Source: Callorhinchus milii (taxonomy: Eukaryota). From it: a stretch of 64,000 bases of DNA. The stretch covers positions 16,058,001 to 16,122,000 of the forward strand of contig NW_024704748.1 of assembly GCF_018977255.1 (NCBI RefSeq), given 5' to 3'. Positions 10,684 through 24,110 of the stretch are shown here, in pieces. The position numbers and the translations under genes were made by a program. Position 1 is the first letter of the stretch. The number at the start of each line of letters is the position of its first letter. Under the pieces are notes generated by a model. It made no database searches. It had not been told where the DNA came from and was given only the letters and a program-made list of their open reading frames with translations.

Positions 10684-13600
10684 TGAAAGAACATTATGCC
10701 TGAAAAAAAATCCCACTCAAGAGGCACAACTTTTTAACATGCTGCAGATGTATTTAATGCAACTGAAAATATGCTGATAATGTTGTTTGAGAAATGAATG
10801 GAATCAGTGACATGTTTACACAGAGCACCTGTATCTTGGTTTTACGTAATTGTGGGAATGCAAAATCCAAATTCTAGGGATGTTGACAGGAGATAAAATG
10901 TTGGGCTGAATGTCACAGAATACGATAATGCAAATATTGTTTCAGGAGTATTAAAGGAAGTGATTGCCCCAATTTCCCCTACATGAGAAAATTGTGTCAG
11001 TCTAGCTCTTTGTTGAGCATCATTACATTGGGAAAAGTTCAAAGCTTACTTGACCTGATCGTTAACTGTAACCTTCTCAGTGTAGCATTTATCAGACTAA
11101 AATTAACTAAAATTTTAAATTAACTAAATCAAAACTATTTCACAGTTTTTCTCCCAAGCCCATATATTAAAAACTGTTTTTAAAATAAATGCTCATGTAT
11201 AAATGCTGACTGGACTTTGGAAATAATGAGCTTGGACAACTCAAAATTTAGCTCAAGTTGCAACATGCCTTGTGGAAGATATTTAATTGGTCATTTCATT
11301 CACCAGTAGGTGATTACTGTATGTACTATCGGTCATAACACCTTCTACAGAAATTGCCACTGAGAAACAATGGGAATGCAAGAGAACAGTAGTTCACTAC
11401 TATTCACAATACTTGTGAATACTGTTTGCATTCATATTTACTGTCACTGGGAGTATGAGACGATAAACAGACTGGCCCTAAACATGTGGCTTGAAGTAAG
11501 CATGTTTAAACCACTGGCATATTTCTGATAGAGAACACGTTTCAAATGATAGCACAATTCAGCCAAAAGAAATGGCTATGATACTCACTTTGAACATTTG
11601 AAAGCACTGCATGTTACCATAGCAACTCCCTCACCATACCTGCATCAAGCCATTCTGGAATATCAACAATAACAAATCTGTTCCATGCATAAAATACGGA
11701 TTCAATCCACAATAAACTTATACACTGTCTAAATAAAGAACTAAACAAATGGCTCCACCAAGGTACAGTGCTAATCCTGGATGCTCATAGTCTTATCGCT
11801 GTATCCTTTTCAACCGCCTCACATGCAATTTATGTCATGGGTACCACAACATGTCCCTAAGCATTTTGAAGTCTTAGTAAATGCTATTTCGTTAGCAAGC
11901 AACAAGTAGAGTCTTTTCCACTGGACCAAATGTTGCATGCATCAAAAAAAGACATAGGGGCTGTATCACTTGTGATTTACACAATCATATTCTCATGGTA
12001 TAAATGTGTCTTTTAATAGCTTCCTTTGTTCCTAACAAATTCATGTATTTGTTTGAACTAAGTAACAAGCATGCTAAGCAGGCAGTAACCCTACTGCAAA
12101 TTGCACACTCACATTGACTAATTTCCAAGTGCACTGTGTTTTGTTATCGTGATTTTGTTCTTCACTGATGAAGTTCATGTTAAATCATGTTGCTTTCATG
12201 TGAATTTTCTTCATAGACTCTCACTCAGTTATATAGCTTAGAGAATGTGTTTTGTTGAAATTTAAATTTGTTTTTGCGCTGAAATGGTTTGTTTTGAACA
12301 ACAAGCCTGGTCGAATCCCCCGCTCTCACATGTATGCTTGAAGTGCATCTGCTACCTCCCTGTCAACTTGTGCTGAACTAATACATAAACTAGTGTAAGC
12401 TTAAATATTTGTGAATGGAAACAAATCTTGAAGTTATCTCAACTTGTCTGAATAAACATGGAAAATCCATCTTCTTCCTCTTCAAGCATACCAATTAAAT
12501 TTCTTCATGCATTACTGGATAAACCAGTTAAATATAAAAATACAAGTATCTGAATTCATCCCCAGTAGGGCTTTCCTAATGGGAAAGTACCTGTAGCCAA
12601 ATGGGCCAAAGTCTGGGATTTTATGGGGGATGGAGGAGAATAACAAAACATCAAGTATAGTTCCAAAATAACAAAAGAAATTTGCACAACTGATTTCAAA
12701 ATATGCCATGGGGCCTAATAATTGGAATGCTATGAAGTGGGAGAGAATGCAAATACCTCAGAACCTGGTGAGAGGATATTAATGCCTAGGAAATGCTTTT
12801 AAGCATTCATGAAAATTCAAGCATTTGATAAGCATTTATAAATTCAACTTCCACGAGAGGAAAGAGATTTATAAACCAACTAGCAACATACATTGTGTTT
12901 GCTGCTCTATGTATCACATAATTTCATGTATATACTTCATTTACTTAAGTACTACATTGTTCGGGAGATGAATAAAGCCTGAAGAAGCCTTATAATGATT
13001 ATGTAGACCTTGAAATTGTCATAGCAGGGAAAAAGTGTTAATCTATGAAATGTTTGGGGTGTTGTACCAGTGTCATGACAAATGTTTCCAAGAAAAAATG
13101 GAAGTTATAAAACATTACAGTGTGTCGGCACATTTTAGATCCAAGAATTCCGTTATTTTTAGTGGAATCTAGTAGGAATTTTCTCAACAGGTTTTTGTTG
13201 GAAGTATATGTTAAACTTTTTCCCAAATATACAGTGTGTACCATTCCACTGTGATATTGTAACAACACTGTAAGGACATGTCATTGACGTAAAGTTCCTT
13301 GACATTTGCATATAGTTCATCTTTTATGGCAAAATGTATGCAGTAGAGTCTATAAATGGTACAACTGATGAAAATATTTCAGGTGCAAAACTAGGCAGAT
13401 TGAAACGATTGAATGGAATGAGCACTGCATAGTGCCCCACAGAGATTGTGCTGAGTATTCATTTTATTTTTTAATTTGCAAAGAGTATTTAAATTTCTGC
13501 ACCAGGGATACTTGAAATTCGATGTTAATATTGTTCAAAAGTTGGAAAGGTTTCTACAGTACAAGGCCAAAGGAAACTTGGCCATCTTTTAGGTCTGGGA

Positions 13601-15609
13601 AATATTAGTCCTCATCATCTATAATTGCAACTGAAACCCAGTTCATTCCAGTTAAAATATCCTTTTTGGTAGTTTTCTTGAGATGTATTTTTTTATTCCA
13701 AAGACTTGCACAAAAAACAAAAAGTATCATTTTCTAAGTTATTATCTTGCTTTTTTCAGGTTGCAAAGTCTAAAAGCATAAATTGGCAACTTGTTTTTAG
13801 ACCTAAGCCAGTACAATACAATCCTAATGGGAAAAAGGAAGTGTAAATGACTTCTTGTATGATTTGTCCTTTTACGTTGGCTGTCTTTCAACTTAATTTC
13901 AGAAACCATCCACGTACAAAGGCATGGCATGAGTCAGCAACCAGGCATTCAGGGATTTTAAAAATGTACTGCTTCACTGTCAGACTGCTCCACCTGCAAA
14001 TATTGGTCTGACATGACATATTAGAATATTTTTTCTTGAATCCTTGAAAGCACAATTCTATTCAGTTTTTTTTGTTGAATTGCTCTATGATTTTTTTTAA
14101 AAAATCAGTATTCCAATTGGATATAATTCAAAAAGAAAACATTTTATTTTTATAACCGCTGATGCTAGGTTGTTAAAACTTCTTGTTTAAAAGGGTCATG
14201 GGTTATGACAGCAGTGTTAAAATATTTTCTAGGGTAATATTACTTTTGCAGCCTTGAAACAAAATTCATTAAGGACACCCCTATATTCATTGCTGCCTCT
14301 TTTTTACTATCATTTGACTGGTTTGTCCAGCAGCAGGCTTCACACCTTAAATTTTGAAATTAAATAATTTATTAACCCTAACTCGGATTTCTGTCAACAG
14401 GCTCTTTAGAATAACAGATTCTTTGTCTAATCTGTTTTTTTACACAGACTTGATGAGAAACATGACTCACTCTGTGACTCAGGTCTACCATCACAAAGAT
14501 ATAACAGTGACTCTTAAATACACCATTCCATCAATTTAATAGTGATTCTGTCAGAATGTGCTATGGTGCCCCAGATAAGTGAAGTCCAGCACAATCTCAA
14601 ACTGATCTTTAACTATGCTGGATTTGTACAGGGATCTGGCTAACCTTTCAAAATGTTTGGTTGGTTCCTGACTCATTGCCCCAGATTGAGAGGATATTGG
14701 TACGCTCCTGGAATACAAGGTAATAATAGCCCAGAGATACTGGAGTGTTACTAGGGACCTGGAATATGACTATGGTACTGATTTTTATGTTTGTAGGTCC
14801 TTAAAATTTCAGTCAGCTGTTTAAGGTTAAATTTTCATGTTGTTCTTTTTGTTTGGAGCCTGGACTGACACTATTGATATCAGTTAAATTATACAAAGGA
14901 CAAGGATCAGTTAATACCACAAAATCAAATCTAGGCGCATGTAGCACTGTGTTTCATTGCTGTAACAGTTGTGTACGTCATATTGCAAATAACATAATAC
15001 AACACAAATTAACTGGTGTATATATTGATGTGTATTCCAAGCTGTAATTCCAATTTATCATTACCAGTGGGGTTTATGAAAAATGTATTTGTGAAAATGT
15101 TTGTTAATAGTGTTACTCTTTATGATTTCTTAAAATTAATAAATGTAGCTCAGGTCATTTCTCTGTTTTCATTTTCTTTACTTAAAGTCACAAATTAATA
15201 CCAGGAGAAACGAATTAATGCAGAATCTGAAACATTCAAGCTTCAGAAATATGTTGGTCATAAATGGATAATCTGGACAAGGGGATGTAGAACCTTTTCA
15301 CTACCAAAATTGTCTCCAGCAGGCTATAGAAATGAGCACTCCAAACAACAGCACATCATATGTTTCACAAACCAAATTCTGTCCATGGGGCAAATGTTTC
15401 AAACACTGGCACACAGGCACTAATAATGTCAAGTTCTGCCTAAGGTATCCAAGTTACATTTGACACAGGATGGTAAAAATTCCTTCCTACATTGTCCATC
15501 ATTTGTTAAAAAAATTGAATATATATTCTACGTGATGCCCACAGAAAACTACTGCTTGTTTAATGCCAAATGCACAAAAGAGGTCATTTTTTGAAAAAAA
15601 CCTCTTACA

Positions 15610-15745
15610 TTGAAAGGCGGACAAGACCTTGAGAAGGTCTTTCGATGCAAGGGTGGGGAAGAGGCAAAGGAAATCCAGGATATAGTTCCAGCGGGTGGAT
15701 GCAGAAAGGCTAAAGGCCCAAGCACCGATGGTGGAGCTGGCAGAG
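15610..15745 (-). mobile_element. Old L2 ORF2 3' fragment
   Basis: aaaggctaaaggcccaagcaccgatggtggagc and gagaaggtcttt resemble 43240-43380 (the STIG.RAF...KT.L region). Confidence 0.55.
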
Positions 15746-15929
15746 TATTACCCAGGAATAGGTGGGTTCAAAACACAATCTTAGATTCTTGGATAAAGTA
15801 TTAATTAATTTGTGAATAAAACGTTAATTTCTGGTTATTTTTTTTAATAGCTCATCTTTTACCTAAACCATCATTTTAGTTGTTTGTAATCATTTCAAAT
15901 AATATTAATTGAAATTGTTGTGCTCCTTT

Positions 15930-18900
15930 TATTAATAGTTGCATTTCTAAAATTCCACCCAGATCCCAATTAGAAGCTTATTTTCAGATGAGAAACTCTG
16001 TAGTATACTACAGTCCGTCGTCTCCAACCGTATTTTTCACTTCTGGTATTTGGCTGCTTTAGTTTCAGATGAGGTAACGTACGGTCAGTCAAGGTGATTA
16101 TCTACCCCATAAGTAAATAGGAGTCACTGGTGAGTTTGGAGACAATCCAAGATCTGATTTTTTTTATTGAGTGGGTAAGTTTAGAATGTTTAGTCCTGAC
16201 AGATTTTCAAAAGCAAAAATATTTCAAGAAATTAAAAATGATATGGTGCCATTCTCCACAGAACATGAGTGTATTTCATAGAAATTAAATAGTTTGATTT
16301 TCACTCCATGCCGATTTTCACCAATAAACTCAAAGGTTTTGAATTGATTCCTAATATTTTTTTAAAACTGATTCTTACCGAACAGTTGACAGACTTTACA
16401 AACAGCATGATTTTCCACCAGCCTGTGATTTTCTGTCTATCCTGGCTTTAAATAACAGTTGCAAATTGGAGGGTTTCTCTCTCTCAGCTGTTCATGGAGT
16501 TTGGATCTGGTTATGTTTTCTCTGCTCTCCGTTAAATTAAGAAATCATTGTGCCACAAAATATGATCAGCTGCCTCCCACAATAATGTTATCCTTTTATC
16601 CAGAACTGTTGATTCTCAATCCCTATTCCCCCAGGTTTTTTGTTAGAAAAATAATATCCGTCAAATTTTCATGGTTAAAAGCTGAATTCTCTGAAATGTT
16701 TCATTCTACAAATTGATAGTTTCTATATTTAATCCAGTCATAAAATTTCACATAAAGTTGACACACAATTGGATATCTAATCCAAGTATAATTCTCATTC
16801 AAATGCATCCTATAGACCAAAGCACTTATTATTCACCTTCCTCTGTATAGAATCCAAATGAACCAAGTAATTTCTTATTCCTATCCCACTAAAGAATCTA
16901 AATGAATTAAATCACCTCAACTTTATGAATCAAGTTACTTTTCATTATATGGAATTTCAATTTAACTAAATTGCAACTCATTCACAACCATTGTGTACCA
17001 TCCCAGTGGACTAAGCTGCTTCGCATGATCTGGAATTCCAATAAACCAAATCATTTCTTATTTGTTGCAATTTTCTAGAATTCCAACAGATTACCGTCCG
17101 GGCCCACTTCCTAATATCTTTTCCAATTTTATGCTGGATTCCAGCATATCAAACACTTTCCAATCAGTTCAAATTGATAGCATTGAATTCTAGTGGACAA
17201 AAACCATTCCATTCGTTCCATCAACAACTTGTATCAATATAATTCCTCATGCAGGGTAGCTTCCCAGAGCGCATCATGTAAAATGTCCACTTCAAGCACA
17301 AATTATCTGAATATATGTTTTATTATATTGTCTTTATTGTACATCAGCATACTAAATATACCCAGTTCATTGGTAATTTTATCCATTTCATGGTTAAATA
17401 CCATTGCATTTCAGAATTCATCTTTTTACTAAAAATGGGCTACAATACAAAAGTTTTCCATTTGAAAGTCTTTCATCTGAATTAGTACAAATACTAATTC
17501 AAGCTTAATATTTCTTGGTAAATTGCATTAAGGTTCATTTCTTGGCAATTGCATCAAGATTCAATTCAAAGGTATACTTTTCAGGGTGAAACACACAAAA
17601 TCATGTTTCAGTCTTACTTTAATGATGTATGCATAAGAGGCATAACAACAAAAGGCATTCACTGCAAAACTGAAAATGCATTAAGCTCTTAAGGATGTCA
17701 CCTCATGTGAAGAGCATATATAAATGTTACATTGAAGGCTTCACTTGGTCCAGAAAGCATTTTATGATACAGCACCATCCATCTCCAATTTTTTACTAAA
17801 AGGTAGTAATAATAATAATAAAAATAATAAAACATACGAAAAGGTAAGTCATCAAAGGAAGTGAATGAATATGTAAATAGCTTTAAATAACTCTTTCTGA
17901 GGACAATTGCAAATTGGAGGGTGTCTCTCAGGAGCTGATGGAGACTCACTTATTTGATGTTTAAATCAACAGCTTTTGATTTCAAATCAGCAGAACAGAT
18001 AACAAAATAAGTTCATTGTGTGTGACATAAAACACATTTCTAGCTATTTATCACTTACTTTTTTTGCTCCCGTAGTTAAATCTAATTTAAAAATAAAGGC
18101 CTTGGGCTTAATTTTCCTCATGTGGTGCTGGCACTGGAATTGGTCGTGCAAAGTATAATGATAAATAATCCTTGCATTGTACCATTTGCATCCCTGAATG
18201 TAAGATTGACAATGCCAGTGAGCTTCAGATTTGAATATTTCCAATAGAAGCAGTACTGGGGAAACAGTAGCTGCGGTACAGTTTATGGATGGGCAGAATG
18301 TATCTGGAGATTTGAGATCAAGAAAGGAGAAAATATCACATAAATTAATGGTGTGTAGGTACTTTAAAACCATTTGTAAATCATTCAAAGATTTTAGGAA
18401 GGAAATTTTCACATATGATTCCAATGTTCTTTGTTGCTGCATCAGACAACCTGAATCTCTGACAAATACTGACCTTGAAATATTATTCTAGATTTATCCA
18501 GTTATCCAGTAGCCTCACAGTGTGGATTTCCAAGTGTTTGTAGTCTGCGATGCAAAACAATTTATTGGAGCATATAAACTTTCCACAACTATAATATTTA
18601 CCAATATTGGTTTATAGCTGATTGTACCTTGAACCTAGAGGAAATATTTGACCCATCATTTTCAGTCGCAAACTGTTGCACTAGTTGGGATCACTGTCCT
18701 GATTCAATTCGTAGCAATGAAACCAAGAAAGATTCAACTTGACATCAGCATTATGACACCGTCACTTTGTATTCATCCCGCCACATCTCATGTACTGTAG
18801 GAAATCCACAGTGTGCAGGAAGAGAAATCTATTGCATAATGAAGCAAAAAGTTCAGACATGGTTTTGAGCATGACCACAAATCAAAAAATCAGACGATAT

Positions 18901-19990
18901 CTGCACTCTTGTTATAAGTGCAGCTTTAATTCCTTTAAGTACCTCACTTGAAGAGATGAAATGGTTTCGGTACAGGCCATAAGAAATTGGATTGGATCTT
19001 TAATGCCATGCTTATTATTACAATTTGCATTGCCAGATGGCTCTCACTCATTTTGCATCTTTTTTTGGACTTTTGGACTCTGTTTCTGTAGAGCTGTCAA
19101 AGACCTTCATTTGGGCTGCACAGGATGAACCAAACCTTGTTTCCCTTTGAACTTCCAGAGAATGTATTTCATATCCTGAAAAGTGTTCAATAATTCAGGT
19201 CTGTTGACAGATCATTGAGAAGTCATACTTGTGATGGTAGAACTGAAATTGTACCCCAACCCAAATATTTCCACTCTTCTTGTTACATGACTTGGCTTAT
19301 AATAATAATAATCCTTGCATTTGATATAGCGCTTTTCATGTCTTCCAGATGTCTCAAAGTGCTTCACAGATTATACTGTAAAGTGAATTGACTGTGTACT
19401 TTGTGGGTGAAAAGCGGCAGCCGATTGTGCACAGGAGTGTCCCACAAGCAGTCGTGGATTGAAGTGACCAATTTATTATTGTTTGGGTTTTTTTTTTCTT
19501 GGAATTATTATCAGGCGTGTGGAGTAAGAAACTTGCCCATAGTGTTGCCCTGCCGGGAATCGAACACAGGTCTTTCGCTTGCGAAGCGAGTGCCATAAAC
19601 ACTGAGCTACAGGACTCCATTTCTCCTGTGCCTTTTAAGTATTTTTGGACAGTGATGGTAGATGCTGTCAGATAAGATATGTCAGATCATTGTCTGGCAG
19701 CCTCTGGATGGAATATTTCAATGGAATCAACACAATTGATCATATGAGGTCTGACAATATTTGTGCAGCAGTTTTCAGGTGATTGACTGCAGATCAGATG
19801 CCTAGAATTGCGTGTTGATGTAATCAATTTAATCCTTCAGTCGTGATCCAAAAACAACATAAATATTAGAGATAAAACTTTGGGATTGGTGAAGTAGATC
19901 ACAATTTTTTGTATTCTCCAGCTGTACATTCTTATGACCGTTAAAACTGGCTTAGGTATTACAAGTAAAGAGAGGTCTGATAGTAATGAA
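15930..19990. pseudogene. Unidentified decayed coding-like block (candidate viral or large DNA element fossil)
   Basis: Protein-like conceptual translations with scattered stops, an in-frame internal repeat (16850/17033), a duplicated motif (16445/17880), and no resemblance to the local LINEs or SINEs. A family A SINE interrupts it. Confidence 0.3.
19299..19620 (-). mobile_element. Family A SINE, short subfamily, full length
   Basis: Colinear reverse complement of 6905-7225, from the (aat)n tail to ...ctacaggactccat. Confidence 0.92.
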
Positions 19991-20000
19991 TTACATTTAT

Positions 20001-20370
20001 TAGCTATTGCTCAGGTAGTAATACTCGCCTCTGAGTCTGAAGGTTGGGGGTTCAAACTCCACATCAGGAGGTTTTGCTGACACTCTGTGGACAGTGCTGG
20101 GGGAGTGCTGCGCTGTCACAGTTGCTGTCCTTTGGATGAAACATCTGCCTGTCCTGGTGGATGTTATAAATCCCATGGCACTACTTGAAAAGAGAGTGGA
20201 GTTTGTCCTGCTGTCCGAGCCAATAATCCTCCAGAAAAAAATGATCATTCACTTCATGGTTGTTAGTGGGACATAGTGCAAATTCACTGTCACTTACAAA
20301 TCTGCAGTCACTTTACATTAAATCTTGAGAAACCCTTTGACACATTTCAATGACATGATACATTTCAACA
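20001..20370 (+). mobile_element. DeuSINE (SacSINE1/AmnSINE1-type, family B)
   Basis: tRNA-like head (ctcgcctctgagtctgaaggttgggggttcaaactccac) plus Deu-domain text (gggagtgctgcgctgtc...tttggatga...tcccatggcacta). Confidence 0.75.
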
Positions 20371-21493
20371 AATATTATTTGCTCAAGTGGCTTCAAAAGG
20401 CAATGCAACTAACCAAATAATTAATGTCAAATGCATGCTCAGCTCAAATAGTTTGTAGCAAAAAAAACATAAAAGAAATGGATAGTGAACTCGCCTACCA
20501 TCAAACAAGTTAATGGTTCAAACTTTGTCAGAAACATTTATAGAAGAAAACAGTGAAAGAACTCCTTAAGCTAAATGTTCATTCTCTGAAGAAACAACAC
20601 TTACCATGAATGCCAAATCAAGACGGTAGAGAGGGTAGCCATCAATCCCAAACCAGTTTTAGAAGAAGAATCAACATAGCACAATGGATGTACATTGGGA
20701 AGGATGCTGGTTGAAATCCTGATTGAATGATTCAGGAGAAACTATAATCTATTTTATGAATACATTTTAGTCTTTAAATCTTGAATAAAACTTTTCAAAA
20801 CACATCCCTATTTCAATGACAATGCTCTTTGTGAAAAATATGCAAAATCACAATACTGAAATAAATTGCTTCCACCCACTGCACTCTTGAAGAACATTCT
20901 GTTTCTCTCACCCACCAAACTTAATTTATCAGCACAGTTATAAACGTCTCAACTGGCATCCATATACACACTGTTGGTATTTGTGAACAGTACAAATATT
21001 GTGCTTATACTTTTAAAATAATGGATCAAGTGATTCAATCTTCTGATTTGACATTTTGAGAGCCAATTAATCTTTCAGCAGCTTACCAGGTAAACTGTAA
21101 TATTGACTGGTATTCAGCAAGCTGTGTACTTACATTTATTGTACACTTAATTCCAATTATTAGGAAAGGACAGTTAATACACATTTTCAATGGATCAGCT
21201 GATTCCAGTTTAATACTTCAGCCCCTATTAAATTCAATTTACTTCAATGTGTAATGAGTTTGTAATCAATAGTTTGCTAAATGTCATTTTATGGAGTCAA
21301 TCTACTTTTCAAATGTATACTATTAGCCATAACATAGTTAAGTGAAGGAAATAATTAATCAAAAGTATATTTTAATCCAGAAAAGGTATTAAAATGTTCT
21401 TAATTAAATTGAGCAATATTATTCATAATTGTGGAATATACATCACTAAACTTGTATGTGGCACTTGTTCATTTGTAGTTTGTGTAGATGGAG

Positions 21494-21635
21494 GTAATAA
21501 TAATCATCCTAAAATTTGATATTTTACCTTATCATGTCATTGAGATGCCTCAAAGCATTTCACAGCTTTACTATGAAGTGTAGCAACAGTATTTGCTCGC
21601 AGCAATGTCCCATAAACAGCCATGAAGTGATCGAT
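21494..21635 (-). mobile_element. SINE 3' fragment (family A/B shared body)
   Basis: taataataatc...caaagcatttcacag...cagcaatgtcccataaacag. Confidence 0.6.
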
Positions 21636-23282
21636 TACATGATCAAAACGTTTGAACAGGTAATAATTCAATGAGTAATCTGATTCAGTTATCAATTACG
21701 TTCTCAATAAAGAAAAACGTCATGATGTCTGGTCCTGAAATTATTACTAATGAGATTCCTTAACAAGGAAGCAGAGTACAACAACAATAACTGGCTTTTG
21801 TTGGAGCAGATTTTCAGATAGTCAACTGGAGTGAGGATTAAAGAAATAACCAGACATTAGACTCCCCCATCCCCACTGCCCTCACCATTAATAGTATTGG
21901 TGCAGGTCTCAGAGCTGGTCATTTACTACCTCCTACGTTATTGATGATGTTGACAAAAATTCAACTGGGCAATGAAATGTGCTTCGCTTACTGAAAAAAA
22001 CATTTAAACCACAATTATACAGTAAATTGGAGCAGTATGAACAAGATGAACAGCAGAACAAGAAGGCCTGCATGTAATATGAACTGTCTCAGTATTTGCC
22101 CTTACCTGGTGCTCAAATGGCCATTTAAATGGAGAACTGTTACAGCACATATACATGACTTGATATTGAATGTTAATTGAAAATTGTCTTCAAAATGTAT
22201 ATTAAAATGATAAATTGTGTATTTATACAAATTTGATGTTTTCTTCTCTCATGGTTGCTGATCTTTATGTAAAGTTGGATGATGCTGACAATTCGAAACA
22301 AAAACACACTGTAAATATTTGCAGCTCTTCAACAAATCTGTGTCACCTGAAATGTCATTTTAATCTAATTAAATTTGAGTTGTTCACTTTAGCATTATTT
22401 TTAAAATGTTTAATTATTCCCAAAAATCTATTATGGTATATATATATAGCAGTATTTCCAGTGTGAATCCATGTGAATAATCCATTCCCTCCTTCACAAT
22501 TGTTTTTCAGTTTTATTTGAAGAAGGCCTCAGGAGACTTCCCCTTGTTACAGATACCAGGAGTACTTGTCACAGGGATTACAGATACCAGTAATTACACA
22601 ATATTCAATGGGCCATGCTAATATATTTTTTTCCTGCCTGTGGCATTGAGAGATAGATGATAAAGGAGAATTCCTTCATAAACCGGGTCTAAGGCGCAAA
22701 CATAATTCAAAAGGTTTCACCCTTACTATGACAACTAGTATATTTATAACAGCATGAGACAAAATCCATAGAGCCAAATGTCCAACCTCACACAGTGTGT
22801 GTGTATGTTTTAGATTCACTGAATCTAGAGGAGAGATAAGGTTTTTAACCATATCTGATTGTTCAGTTGTGTTTTCAGTGATGATAATTAATCTGACATG
22901 CCATAAAATATTAGATATAAAGGAAAATACTTTTGTTATCAAGCAATATTTGTTTTGTAATGAAAAGTCTCATATTAGTAGGTTATGTCTGTTCTAAATC
23001 TCTTCTAATTGTAAGCTGTCCCTTGTGGGAGATGACTCTGTGCTCTACCACTTTGTTCCGTCTTCACATCAATGCTCTCCATCACTCATCCATGAGCACC
23101 TTCCAACTTGGCTCAATTTTTACCCTCTATGTAATTAAGCCACTTTTTAACATTATTGTCAAATGTTGGTAGGACTTTCAAGTTCAAAGATAAATAAGGT
23201 TTTATTCCTCAAATGTCTGTTTCCAATTTACCTTTTTTTTGTGTGTTATTGTATGAGGCTCAATCAATTTAATTTCTTAAAT

Positions 23283-23404
23283 TAGGTAAGCAGAGATGTG
23301 TGGAGTAAGGAAATTTGCCCAATGTTTCACCCTGCCTGGGAATCGAACCCAGGTACTTTCGCTTGCAAGACAAGTGCTCTAACCACCATGCTACAGGAAT
23401 CCAC
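23283..23404 (-). mobile_element. Family A SINE head fragment, long subfamily
   Basis: tRNA head plus taggtaagcagag, the reverse complement of the segment specific to the long form. Confidence 0.8.
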
Positions 23405-23850
23405 ATTTTGGTATTTAGGTCAAATGGCAATACACAGCAACAAAGAAATATGCATCAATTGGAACAGGAGGAGGAAAAGATATGCTGACTACTGACTATT
23501 TCATGATGGATGTGTGGAGATATATGTTCTTTGAGTAAAACTTCAATGTTTGTTAATGCAGCATTACTATAAAATTGAGTGAGGGGCCAATTTTACTGTA
23601 TAAACATAAATGATGGGGAATTTTGCACCAAAAATCTAGTCCCACTCCTCAATTTATTTATATCTGCAGAATGATCCACATTTTAGTCTGGCCTAAAGTC
23701 ATGTTTAGGAGCCACGTGTCACAGAGAAGGTTAGTGATGCTTGGTTTTCTAATACTTTCTGATCCCACTGCCTTAGGAAGCCATAATGAATCCAATTTGT
23801 CACTTTGAAGGAAACTGTAGTTGAGATCTTTGCCTCTGGCTGTGACTGGG

Positions 23851-24110
23851 CTAAAAGCTGTTGAGAAGGTCACAGCTGGTGCTGCCGGTTTCTTGCTCAT
23901 CCTCCGAGAGAGGTCCCTGGGTGGCTGGCAGCTTTCCTTCAAAGCTTATCCGTTGCTGTCTCTTTCCATTGAATTTAACTACTGAGGGTTTGATGTTACG
24001 GGTTTGGGTTGTGATATACTGGGTCACATAATTAGACAATCTTGTAGGTTCAGATCTTTTACTTAATACTTGAATTTTCCTTCTCCCTTCACGAATCAAT
24101 TCTCCAGTCC
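23851..24110 (-). other. Orphan exon-like segment (acceptor plus 86-codon open frame to TAG)
   Basis: Minus-strand ...ttcatttaaattctatgtacag|GG ACT GGA GAA, open to TAG at 23851, locally higher GC with retained CpGs. Peptide not recognised. Confidence 0.25.

Noticed and set aside
17800-17950. Hepadnavirus surface-protein-like PPIC...LLFLLLLLL
   Set aside because: The Leu run comes from an (aat)n microsatellite, and the overlapping frame lacks polymerase motifs such as VVDFSQFS and YMDD.
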